Shown in pieces: positions 1 to 7,766 of a DNA stretch of 26,674 nucleotides (within the stretch, counting starts at the first letter, position 1; each line of letters starts with the position of its first letter). The stretch is from a virus (Duplodnaviria > Caudoviricetes), in the IMG/VR virus record IMGVR_UViG_3300048598_000110, positions 1 to 26,674 of that record; one strand, written 5' to 3'. Below the pieces are notes generated by a model. It did no database searches. It was not told where the DNA came from and saw nothing but the letters and a program-made list of their open reading frames with translations. Made by a program: the position numbers and the translations under genes.

Positions 1-826
1 CACGCTTGACGACAAGCCCCACGCCTGCGACAGGTCCAACGATTACGTACGATCCGCTGCAGATCTCTTTGTCGCAGCTGTTGTACACCTCTAGATTCCA
101 ACTGCCGGAGGTTCCGACTGCAGGATCTGCAGCTATCGCAACAGAGGGGTCGTCTGTGCTGGCCGTCAGATACTGGACCTCAATAGCTCCACTACCTAAC
201 GTGCCGTTGTCTGGATCCGCTGCGCTAATGCACGCACTAACCCGGCCGAGGATGTCTGGTATTGTTGCCAACACAACGGCAGCAACCCTTTTCCGGCTAT
301 CGTCGTCCGCCACATCCAGACAGATCAGTCCAGCGCCTGCAGGCGGAGCCACAACACCCCAGCTGTTGCTTGGGCCGCATGGATTGCCGACCTTAGGTTC
401 GTTGCCGTCGGTGTTGACCGCGATCCACACCGGTTTAAAGGCTGTAATCGCACGAGCCCGGCCCCAGGTGTTCGCCGCGATTTCCTCGTCGCCGTTGGTA
501 TAGTAGGTGATCGCGCTTCCTGCCGTCGACGCAGATATCTTGTCAACAGCCAGCCCTACCGAATCGGCAATCGCCTTTGATTCGCCGTCGTCGGTCTTTC
601 TGATTCCGAAAATTGACCTGGCCGGGATCGTCTCGCTACCAAGGTTGTAAACGTCAACCCAATAGGCTTTGTCCTTGTCGACATCCGCGTCGACGTTCCC
701 ATCGTACCCGCGAAAGCTTCCGGGATTAGCGCTGTCGCCAAGCGCTCCTCGACGCGTAGCATTTAGGGCCCGCGCGGAAAGCGTTTCATCGCCACGAGCG
801 AATGAAGGCACGCCGGGGAGCGTCAT
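1..826 (-). CDS. Putative tail-tip/minor tail protein, 3' end outside the window (not in the ORF track)
   Basis: Manual translation from ATG 826 (ATGA overlap with upstream stop): MTLPGVPSFARGDETLSARALNATRRG...VYNLGSETIPARSIFGI..., open to the window edge (275 codons). F-x-x-G-x(2-3)-LSAxxLN start is typical of tail-tip proteins; second gene after the tape measure. Confidence 0.75.
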   Translation of the reverse strand, partial: MTLPGVPSFARGDETLSARALNATRRGALGDSANPGSFRGYDGNVDADVDKDKAYWVDVYNLGSETIPARSIFGIRKTDDGESKAIADSVGLAVDKISASTAGSAITYYTNGDEEIAANTWGRARAITAFKPVWIAVNTDGNEPKVGNPCGPSNSWGVVAPPAGAGLICLDVADDDSRKRVAAVVLATIPDILGRVSACISAADPDNGTLGSGAIEVQYLTASTDDPSVAIAADPAVGTSGSWNLEVYNSCDKEICSGSYVIVGPVAGVGLVVKR

Positions 827-1764
827 ATCAGCAGGCCCGAGAAATCACCGGTCGGGTACGGCTTGAATTCATTGCCGGACTTGCGGTCCAAAATTTTTTG
901 GAATGAAATGCCGCCCCCAGTAATGCGAGGGAACTTGTTCCAGCCACATCCGCGATGAGTTAGCGAAAACTCCAGTTGCCACGACGTCTTCTCTCCCAGG
1001 CACACCGAGATATTGGCGACCGGAGGATTGTACAGCAGACTTTCCTTTGCGAACGTTATCCCAAGGCTGCGAGATTTGAAGGACGATCCGTTACAGGCCC
1101 CTTCCATCGTGAACACCCAATTGGGAATCGACGTGATTCCATAATAGGTGAGACGATAGTTGCACGTGCGAATCTGCAGGCCAGGCGGGTTGTCGTGATC
1201 GGTCAACCTGCCGCCGTCTTCCCACTTGAACCACTGCGGCTTAAGCGTAATGAATTCGTACGCCGGTTCAATGCTTTCGGAAAACACGACCGGATTATTC
1301 TGGTTGTCTGAAAGCTGAAGCTGCATGTCGTAGGTGATCGTGACGATTGCTGCTTCATACGCGACTAGATAGCTGACAGAGGGATCCCTGACGCATCTGC
1401 CGAACGGCTTGATCGTGATGTGGCGGCACAACATCGGCGGATCTGTCGTTGGATCCGAATCGTTTCGGCTGTAGTAGGTGGTGGCAACCCAATTCGAAAA
1501 CGTATACCGATCGCTCCATGCGACCTTCACGTCGACCACAGCTCGAGTTCGCTCGTTGACATCCCAGTCCTCGACGGGAGAGCCCTGGATCTCTGTGACG
1601 TTGACCGGAGACGATCCGACAATACCGGTCTCGGTTAGTCGGGTGCGATGAATCGGCCTGGCAACGAGCCGGTTAACAGGGTCGGTCCAATCAATGCCGG
1701 ATATCGCGGAGGCTCCGCCGAGTCGAGTCGAGACTGTGCCGCTTTCGTCGCTCATCCATGCCAC
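823..1764 (-). CDS. Putative distal tail/hub protein (313 aa)
   Basis: Long beta-rich ORF directly downstream of the tape measure gene; function inferred from position only. Confidence 0.65.
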   Translation of the reverse strand: MAWMSDESGTVSTRLGGASAISGIDWTDPVNRLVARPIHRTRLTETGIVGSSPVNVTEIQGSPVEDWDVNERTRAVVDVKVAWSDRYTFSNWVATTYYSRNDSDPTTDPPMLCRHITIKPFGRCVRDPSVSYLVAYEAAIVTITYDMQLQLSDNQNNPVVFSESIEPAYEFITLKPQWFKWEDGGRLTDHDNPPGLQIRTCNYRLTYYGITSIPNWVFTMEGACNGSSFKSRSLGITFAKESLLYNPPVANISVCLGEKTSWQLEFSLTHRGCGWNKFPRITGGGISFQKILDRKSGNEFKPYPTGDFSGLLI

Positions 1765-1780
1765 CTTCTAATTGCTCACG

Positions 1781-3988
1781 CTAATCGCTCACGACGCCAC
1801 GCTTCTTGCTGGCTCGCGATACTTCCACGAGCGTGACAATCCCCTCTGCGACCTTAATGAGTTGTTCTGTTTGCTTCTTCGTTTCTTCGAACACCTGGCC
1901 GCCGTTCTGGCTCATGCCGTTCTGGGCCATGTTCTTCCACATGTCCTGGCCGCCGACGAACGACGCACGGAAGCTACCGGCGGGACTCGACTCCACGGCC
2001 TTGTTGACGGCCGTGTGATACTGATCTTCGCTGAGGCTCCCTGGCAGAAATCCTTCGCGGCCGAGCCGCATATCGGCCAGCTTCTTGAGCTGTTCGCCTA
2101 GTTGCTGCTCGGGAGTCTTGATCGAATCCAGGACCGACTTAACTCCGGACTCTTGTTGATACTGTTCTCGGGCTGCCTTGGTCTGGCGCATCAGTTGACC
2201 GGAGCCAAAAAAGTTCGGATCGGTCCTGGCGCGTTCGTCGATCACTTCGTTGGCCTTGCGGTATTTCTCGGCGGCCGTCAGGATATCGGCGCCGGTGAGC
2301 GATTCGCCGGATGCCTTGCGTCGAGCCGCCGCCTCGCCGCTACCCAATCCCGCTTTCTCCATGCGGGCGATCTCATCCAATTCTTTCCGGTACCGCTGGA
2401 GGTTCGTCAGGACGGCCGGGCCGAACATCGCCTCATGAAGGGCCTTGCGTCGGCGTGCCTGCTCTTCGGCGCTCGTGCCCGCCTTGGCCATGATGCTGTT
2501 CAGGTTGTCGAATTCTTCGCCGTACTTGCTGAACTTGTCGGGATCGGCGCCGATGGTCGAGTCCACAAGATCACGCAAAGCACGCTGACTCGACTTGGCC
2601 GGCTCATTGACCCTTGCCAGCTTCTTTGCAAGATCGTCCCATGCCTGGGCGAATTTCTCAGCCGGCGCCCGCAGATCACCGGTCAATGATCGCTTGAGTG
2701 TCTTTCCTTCTTCGAGCACCTTGTCATCGCCCTTATACGTCCCCCTATTCATTCGCTCATTGAGAAGGTTGTCGTACTGTCGGATCTTTTCGCCATACTG
2801 CCGAATCTGGGAATCGACGTCATTGCCAAGTCCAAGGCCGCTTTCTTTCGACTCCAAGACCTTGTCGATGGCTTGATTGACCAGTCTTTCTCTTCCGGAT
2901 TCCGCCTTTCCAGACTCGGCTTTGATCGCATGAAGCTTCAGCAGCATGTTGTCAAGCGATTCAAGATCGGACCTAAGCTGTTGCGAAAATGACTTGGGCA
3001 GGGCGGAGTCAATCTCACTTCGTTGCCGTTCCATGTCAGCGATTCGTGCCGCCCGGGCCTGCCGCTTGGCGTCAATCGCCTCTTGTCGTTGGGCCGCTTG
3101 GTCCTCTGCTGCGAGCTGCCCATCAGACATGCCATAGAATGCTTTGCCGATGTCTTGACCGACGAGCGCCACGCCTTTTGCTACGCTCGAAAAGAAGCCG
3201 GCGACCTTGGTCATCGACCACGCCAGGCCGGGCAACACGGATTCCCCAAGCTCGGCTCCCGCCTCCTTCATTTCATTGATCGCTTTGGTGGTTGGGGAAG
3301 CGGTATTCTTTGCCGCTCCTCCCATCCGCTTATTCAACTCGTCCAGAATGACTTGCTGGGCCTTGGCCGCCTGGCCCATGGCGAAGTAGTTTCGGATTTG
3401 CTTCTGCTGCTCGTCAGTGAACGAGATGCCAACTTCCTTCAGTCGGTTCACGCCTTCCAACGGATCGTTAACGGCCTTGCCGACCATTCGGACAGAATTG
3501 GTGACGTCGGTCCCGAACACGGCCGCAAGATCCTCGGCCGCCGTCAAGGTTCCCTTGAACTGGTCGCCACGAATTCCCGTGAACGTCGCCAAGAGTGCCA
3601 TGGCCTCCTTGTTGGTGGCAACGCTGTTATTGGTCGTCTTGGCAAGGCTCTTGGCCAAGTCGTCCATCTGGCTACGTGCAAGGCCCGTTGAATTGCCAGT
3701 GGCCTTTAGGACGGCATCAAGCTTCTTCTGGGCAGCTGCGTTTTCCCCGGCCGCTGCGACCATTCCGCCGATACTCAAGGCGCCGCCGATCGCTCCCATC
3801 TGTCCAGACAAGAATCCGGTGAGTTGGCCGCCGATGCCCTGCATGGCAGCGCCCATGCGTTTTGACGCCGCGGCGACGACAGCCTCAGCTTTCCCGCCCC
3901 AACCTCGCATCTTCGCTTCCGCTGCCGCCAGCGCAGTATCGAGCGGTTTGGCGTTGCCGGAGATGGTGAGTGTTACGCCGTCGCTCAT
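1781..3988 (-). CDS. Tail tape measure protein (735 aa)
   Basis: Ala/Gly-rich helical protein after the tail chaperone; lambda-TMP-like segment (LLATFTGIRGDQFK...VGKAVNDPLEGVNRLKEVGISFT); C-terminal TPxEK/QY-like repeats (RAPAEKF, LTNLQRY, LTAAEKY, KTPEQQL). Confidence 0.93.
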   Translation of the reverse strand: MSDGVTLTISGNAKPLDTALAAAEAKMRGWGGKAEAVVAAASKRMGAAMQGIGGQLTGFLSGQMGAIGGALSIGGMVAAAGENAAAQKKLDAVLKATGNSTGLARSQMDDLAKSLAKTTNNSVATNKEAMALLATFTGIRGDQFKGTLTAAEDLAAVFGTDVTNSVRMVGKAVNDPLEGVNRLKEVGISFTDEQQKQIRNYFAMGQAAKAQQVILDELNKRMGGAAKNTASPTTKAINEMKEAGAELGESVLPGLAWSMTKVAGFFSSVAKGVALVGQDIGKAFYGMSDGQLAAEDQAAQRQEAIDAKRQARAARIADMERQRSEIDSALPKSFSQQLRSDLESLDNMLLKLHAIKAESGKAESGRERLVNQAIDKVLESKESGLGLGNDVDSQIRQYGEKIRQYDNLLNERMNRGTYKGDDKVLEEGKTLKRSLTGDLRAPAEKFAQAWDDLAKKLARVNEPAKSSQRALRDLVDSTIGADPDKFSKYGEEFDNLNSIMAKAGTSAEEQARRRKALHEAMFGPAVLTNLQRYRKELDEIARMEKAGLGSGEAAARRKASGESLTGADILTAAEKYRKANEVIDERARTDPNFFGSGQLMRQTKAAREQYQQESGVKSVLDSIKTPEQQLGEQLKKLADMRLGREGFLPGSLSEDQYHTAVNKAVESSPAGSFRASFVGGQDMWKNMAQNGMSQNGGQVFEETKKQTEQLIKVAEGIVTLVEVSRASKKRGVVSD

Positions 3989-4212
3989 TTACTGGCTCCC
4001 CAAAGCAGTGAACGGATTGCCTGCGGGTTAGTGAGATTGAAGAGAGGGTTTCCGCCCTCGTCAGCGCCGTCGGCCATGTAGCCTGTCAACTGCTCGTCCG
4101 TGTGCCGGTCCACCTCTTCAGCGGTCCATCCGTATCGATCCGCGAAATAGCGATAAATCCAGAATTCGTCCTTTACGTCTTCGTTGCCGGCGTCTCGGCC
4201 GGCGTCGTAGGG
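3985..4212 (-). CDS. gpT-like -1 frame extension of the tail assembly chaperone (G-T fusion product)
   Basis: -1 frame reads PYDAGRDAGNEDVKDEFWIYRYFADRYGWTAEEVDRHTDEQLTGYM...WGASK*. The YGWTxEEVxxxTxxQ pattern is typical of gpT-type domains; its TGA overlaps the tape measure ATG. Confidence 0.85.
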   Translation of the reverse strand, partial: PYDAGRDAGNEDVKDEFWIYRYFADRYGWTAEEVDRHTDEQLTGYMADGADEGGNPLFNLTNPQAIRSLLWGASK

Positions 4213-4610
4213 TTTTCGCCGGGCTTGTGGTAAAGCAACGCCAACTGATCGAATGCGGGGCCGATGTCGTCGGGATTATCCTCCAAGGCCTGGGTGACTT
4301 GCTCCAGCGTTACATTGGGGTACCTGGCCTTGATGTACTGCCAGAGAAGTCGTGAGATCCGTTGCAGACTGTCGATTCTGCCGGATGCCGACCAGGTTGC
4401 TTCCACGGCCCGGTCAAACGCCAGGCCCATAATTTCCTTGCGATCCTCAGCAGTCGCGCCGTCAAGTCCCAACCGCGCAACCTCGACGATCCTGCCTTGC
4501 ACCCAGCGATCCAACTCTCTCCGCTCGGCCCGGGTGAGTTGCGACACTAGATAGGTTTTGCCCCCGAGCGTGATTTCCATGGGTGCGTTACCAGCCTGCG
4601 AGGAATTCAT
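4173..4610 (-). CDS. Tail assembly chaperone (lambda gpG analogue, 145 aa)
   Basis: Between tube and tape measure; starts with EITLGGKTYLVSQLT; slippery site near the 3' end. Confidence 0.85.
   Translation of the reverse strand: MNSSQAGNAPMEITLGGKTYLVSQLTRAERRELDRWVQGRIVEVARLGLDGATAEDRKEIMGLAFDRAVEATWSASGRIDSLQRISRLLWQYIKARYPNVTLEQVTQALEDNPDDIGPAFDQLALLYHKPGENPTTPAETPATKT
4209..4215 (-). promoter_or_regulatory. Programmed -1 frameshift slippery heptamer A-AAC-CCT
   Basis: Minus strand GGC GAA AAC CCT fits X-XXY-YYZ in the chaperone frame; a -1 shift enters the gpT-like frame. Confidence 0.75.
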
Positions 4611-5506
4611 GCGGGCACCTCCTCGACGGGATATGCGTCAACGGCAGACGCCTCCGGATCGCCGACAGTGGTCGATTCCGGCGGAGCACTCGTGGTAGAC
4701 GGCCACCACTGCGTACCGCCCGGCAACTTAACCGAGCCGAGCGTCGTCCCGTTAATGGCTGCCATTGAACACTGCAGTGTGACGGCGACGGGCGTGCCGC
4801 TGGCGTCTACTTGCAAATTGCCGGGGTCCAAGAACTTTCCCCACTTCAATTCGAAGTACAGATCCGCCGTAACGTAGATGCGTAGTACGCGAATGTCATT
4901 TGGTCGCGGAAGAGCAGAGGCGTTGATCACATAGCAATCGATGGATGCTGTCCAATCCCTTACGCCAGGCAATCGCTCGTAGGATCCATTGGTGTCGGAG
5001 TCAGCAATTTTCGAATTCTCTGCCGACAGCGTCAGGGTAACCTTGCGCACTCGCTCCAGGTCTGTGAAGGACGACCCGTCTGCGGACATCGATACTTTGA
5101 GCCCCTTACTCATAAACTTAGCGGTTGGCGTTCCTATTACGACTTCGACGTTTCCAGTCGTCAGCGCTCCATCGGCCGAAAACTTGACGGTGTGCTCGAC
5201 CGGCTTATTGCCTTCTTGATCGATCACGATCTCGACCGAATCGACCATCGCCATTCCAGACCGTCCTTGCGTTCCGTCGATTGAGAATTGCCCATCGAAG
5301 CTTTCTCCAGGCAACGCGGCCGGCGAATACCCCAGCGCCTGATAGTCGCCGGACCAGTCCGTATTGCCATTAACACGATCTGTTGCGCCGTTAGAGTCGG
5401 ACGTGACGATTTTGTTCTCGTCAGCCTTCTCGCTGATGCTCCACTTCATAGCACCACCTACGCCGTTGATCGCCATCTTGAGCCCGGTTAGCGGTTTGTC
5501 TGCCAT
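4607..5506 (-). CDS. Major tail (tube) protein with two tandem tube domains (299 aa)
   Basis: Start reassigned to ATG 5506 (MADKPLTG; GGAAAGG upstream; avoids overlap with the upstream gene). Two copies of a siphovirus tube motif: DSNGATDRVNGNTDWSG and DTNGSYERLPGVRDWTA. Confidence 0.85.
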   Translation of the reverse strand: MADKPLTGLKMAINGVGGAMKWSISEKADENKIVTSDSNGATDRVNGNTDWSGDYQALGYSPAALPGESFDGQFSIDGTQGRSGMAMVDSVEIVIDQEGNKPVEHTVKFSADGALTTGNVEVVIGTPTAKFMSKGLKVSMSADGSSFTDLERVRKVTLTLSAENSKIADSDTNGSYERLPGVRDWTASIDCYVINASALPRPNDIRVLRIYVTADLYFELKWGKFLDPGNLQVDASGTPVAVTLQCSMAAINGTTLGSVKLPGGTQWWPSTTSAPPESTTVGDPEASAVDAYPVEEVPA

Positions 5507-5526
5507 AGTTTGTGACCTTTCCAGAA

Positions 5527-6060
5527 CTAGGATTGCGTTTGGTTGGCGAGAATGAATTGAGTTGGGATCGACATGCGAACCTCGATGGCCAGCACGGCCG
5601 ACCAGCCACGGATTCCGCGATTCTTCGTCCGATCGTTCAGGGCCTCGGCCAGATCCACGATCGCGACAGATTCCACAAACGATAGACCACGCCACTGGGG
5701 CCCGCCTTCGCCGGACAAGGCATAGTTGGCCTGAATGGTCGCCTCAATCAGCATCCATTCGACGGAAAATAAGCCTTTGTCTTCGGACGCACGTTGATCG
5801 CCGGTCGTGAGCCACCACACAAACCGGTGAGAAATCGCGTGGCTGTCGTTGGATTCGATGACCACCGAACCGCCATCGGGCAACAGCTGCAACTCGGGCA
5901 GATCCGCAGCCTGGATCTTCGGCTTACCTGGAGCCGGGTTGGGTGTGTCAAACACGATCAGATTGCCAGGCTGCACCAGCTCGGGCCGGCTGGGGTGATT
6001 CCATACGAAGCGTTTCAGCTCCGAATAAATCAAGGCGAAAGGTGTTTCGACGGTTGGCAT
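5527..6060 (-). CDS. Putative tail terminator/tail completion protein (177 aa)
   Basis: Position just before the tube, size, and alpha/beta pattern (ADLPELQLLP...HRFVWWLTTGD...WSAVLAIEVRM). Confidence 0.65.
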   Translation of the reverse strand: MPTVETPFALIYSELKRFVWNHPSRPELVQPGNLIVFDTPNPAPGKPKIQAADLPELQLLPDGGSVVIESNDSHAISHRFVWWLTTGDQRASEDKGLFSVEWMLIEATIQANYALSGEGGPQWRGLSFVESVAIVDLAEALNDRTKNRGIRGWSAVLAIEVRMSIPTQFILANQTQS

Positions 6061-6069
6061 GGTTTCTGG

Positions 6070-6753
6070 TTACAGCCCGGCATCCCGTTTCAGTTTCGCT
6101 ATCGCCCGGTCGGCATCCGCTCGCATCTGTTGTGTGGTCGCCTTGTTGGGCGACACGATGATTTTGCGTTGTGGATTGTTGCCAAGCCCCTCGTTGTGGA
6201 ATCGTGCGATGTCCGCGATTGTTGCTTTGCCTTTCGAGTGTTTGGCTGGGCCGCCGTACCCCACATCCACTTCGATTTGCGTTTTCCCGATTGTCTCGAT
6301 GCCGCCTTGCGGGTTCAGCGTCGGATTCAGAGCCCCATAGAGAGCGTTGGTGTCTCGCAGCATGTCCACTTTTCCGTAGGTGGCGGCTAGCTTCTGCTTT
6401 AACTCCTTGATTTTTCCGACCAGCTTCTTACGTGTGGCCGTAATGCGCTCTTGCTTCTTGACCGCTCGTTCTCGTCGCTTCTGCTCTCGCTCGACCTGTC
6501 GCGCCCTGCGTGTCGCTTCCCGTGCCAAGCGATTTTGCTCTGCTTCCGCCCGCCTCTGTGCTCTTGCCGCCTTCCGTGCTTCAATCTCGGCCTGTCGATT
6601 CTGAGTTAACTTGACGCGTGCCGATTTCGCCTTGTCCCGCAGAGATTGAATATGTGCCTTATGCAGTGTCCTGACTTCCGCCAGTTGTTTCTTGTTGGCC
6701 TCCCGTATTGCGGCATGGGTCGCGTGCTTTGCCGATCGTGCTTTCTTGGCCAT
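6070..6753 (-). CDS. C-terminal half of Mu gpG-like virion morphogenesis protein, preceded by a ~130 aa Arg/Lys-rich helical region (227 aa)
   Basis: Start reassigned to ATG 6753 (TGATG overlap). Motifs MLRDTNALYGAL, VDVGYGG and IARFHNEG...PQRKII match the family's LxDTGxL...VG...AxxHxxG...PxR pattern. Confidence 0.78.
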   Translation of the reverse strand: MAKKARSAKHATHAAIREANKKQLAEVRTLHKAHIQSLRDKAKSARVKLTQNRQAEIEARKAARAQRRAEAEQNRLAREATRRARQVEREQKRRERAVKKQERITATRKKLVGKIKELKQKLAATYGKVDMLRDTNALYGALNPTLNPQGGIETIGKTQIEVDVGYGGPAKHSKGKATIADIARFHNEGLGNNPQRKIIVSPNKATTQQMRADADRAIAKLKRDAGL

Positions 6754-7343
6754 CACCCGGCCGCCAACGTGAACTGGTATTCGTAGAATGCACTCCGGGC
6801 GAGGTCGGCCGGCTCGGTCGCACGGTCGGCCAGCTGTGGAACCGGATCCACGCCGCCGCCTCGCCTTGTCGCGATCGCCACAGCACCGGAACACATGGGC
6901 GGCAGCTGGTGAATCGACGCCGAATCATTGACCGGGGCCGGCAGGCATGCACCGATCAGCGGCAGATGCCGGACCGCAGCCAGGCCGATATCGAGCCAGC
7001 CGTATTGCCATCCGCAATAGCTCTGCATCCATCGTACGGCCGCGTCACGATCGAAACAGTCAGACGATCGATCCCACCGGTAAACGTCGTACCGGCCGGG
7101 ATACTGGGCCACCTGACTCGCGAGCGTGACGGCCCGACCGCCGTACCACTGCAACACCTCAATGAGAAACAGCCGGTCGCCCCACCATGCAGCCATGGCC
7201 GCGTGGCTGTAGATCGATCGGCCGCCCCTGGCTATGGGGCTCCGCGGGGATCGGTAAAGCAGTAGGTCCGCATTGCCGATCCGGTGGAGAGCCTGAGACA
7301 GCGGAATCAAATTCGGTTCAGGTGCTAGGGCAACGGTCGCCAT
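6753..7343 (-). CDS. Permuted papain-like NlpC/P60 amidase/peptidase (YiiX/YaeF-like, 196 aa)
   Basis: ADLLLYR...YSHAAM (His first)...LIE...GWQYGW...MCSGAVA (Cys last)...TEPADL, the circularly permuted motif order. Confidence 0.85.
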   Translation of the reverse strand: MATVALAPEPNLIPLSQALHRIGNADLLLYRSPRSPIARGGRSIYSHAAMAAWWGDRLFLIEVLQWYGGRAVTLASQVAQYPGRYDVYRWDRSSDCFDRDAAVRWMQSYCGWQYGWLDIGLAAVRHLPLIGACLPAPVNDSASIHQLPPMCSGAVAIATRRGGGVDPVPQLADRATEPADLARSAFYEYQFTLAAG

Positions 7344-7344
7344 A

Positions 7345-7659
7345 CTATTCCCCCGTCTTCTCGTTGATCGATCGCAGCCTTTGTTGGGCCTGTCGAATCT
7401 GCCGCCGCAAGACCTTCCGCCGCTTGCGTACCGACTGGCGGGCCCGCCCGGCGATCGTGGCCGGCTTCAACGGTGGCCACGGGGTACCGGTTTCATCCGA
7501 TCCGCCCCGGCTGAACGTTAGGAAGCGTTTCTGGGCGAAGGAGCGATACCGGGCCGCCCACTGCTTGAGCATGTCTTGGATTGGCCGCGACTGCGGGTTG
7601 AGCGATTTCCGCAGCTTGCGGAGCCCTTCCACTCGAACCTGGACAGTCGCTTGAATCAC
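7345..7659 (-). CDS. N-terminal half of Mu gpG-like virion morphogenesis protein (104 aa)
   Basis: Start reassigned to GTG 7659, downstream of the terminator. QKRF...DETGTPWPPLKPATIAGR matches the family's RF...GxxWxPLxPxT motif; ends in a basic helix and TAG. Confidence 0.78.
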   Translation of the reverse strand: MIQATVQVRVEGLRKLRKSLNPQSRPIQDMLKQWAARYRSFAQKRFLTFSRGGSDETGTPWPPLKPATIAGRARQSVRKRRKVLRRQIRQAQQRLRSINEKTGE

Positions 7660-7677
7660 AAGGCACCATGCTTGCTT

Positions 7678-7722
7678 AGAAAAGTGCCCCGTGCGGCGCC
7701 AGTCATTGGACCGCACGGGGCA
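7678..7722 (-). terminator. Intrinsic terminator after the major capsid gene
   Basis: Perfect 12-bp inverted repeat TGCCCCGTGCGG (7685-7696) / CCGCACGGGGCA (7711-7722), followed on the minus strand by CTTTTCT. Confidence 0.85.
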
Positions 7723-7766
7723 ACATACGCCTCAATTCCCTTCGAGGATTCGCGGTCGCGATTTTC

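Noticed and set aside
4025-4051. Double frameshift fusing the chaperone to the tape measure
   Set aside because: The second -1 slip enters the tape measure frame but meets TAA before the ATG.
5507-5695. ORF-track N-terminal extensions of the tube, and likewise 6754-6894, 7660-7716, 8940-9002, 18519-18677 and 21489-21605
   Set aside because: They overlap upstream genes or the terminator, or precede the conserved N-terminus; downstream starts have better RBS or stop-start coupling.
1-6060. Contractile tail, tailocin or eCIS interpretation
   Set aside because: No sheath or baseplate wedge genes in the window, and a complete packaging/head module is present.
6753-7347. Stop-codon readthrough, intein or self-splicing intron joining the gpG halves
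   Set aside because: The frame after TAG 7345 hits TGA within nine codons; no intein Cys...His-Asn ends; the insert is fully coding with no visible intron structure or terminal repeats.
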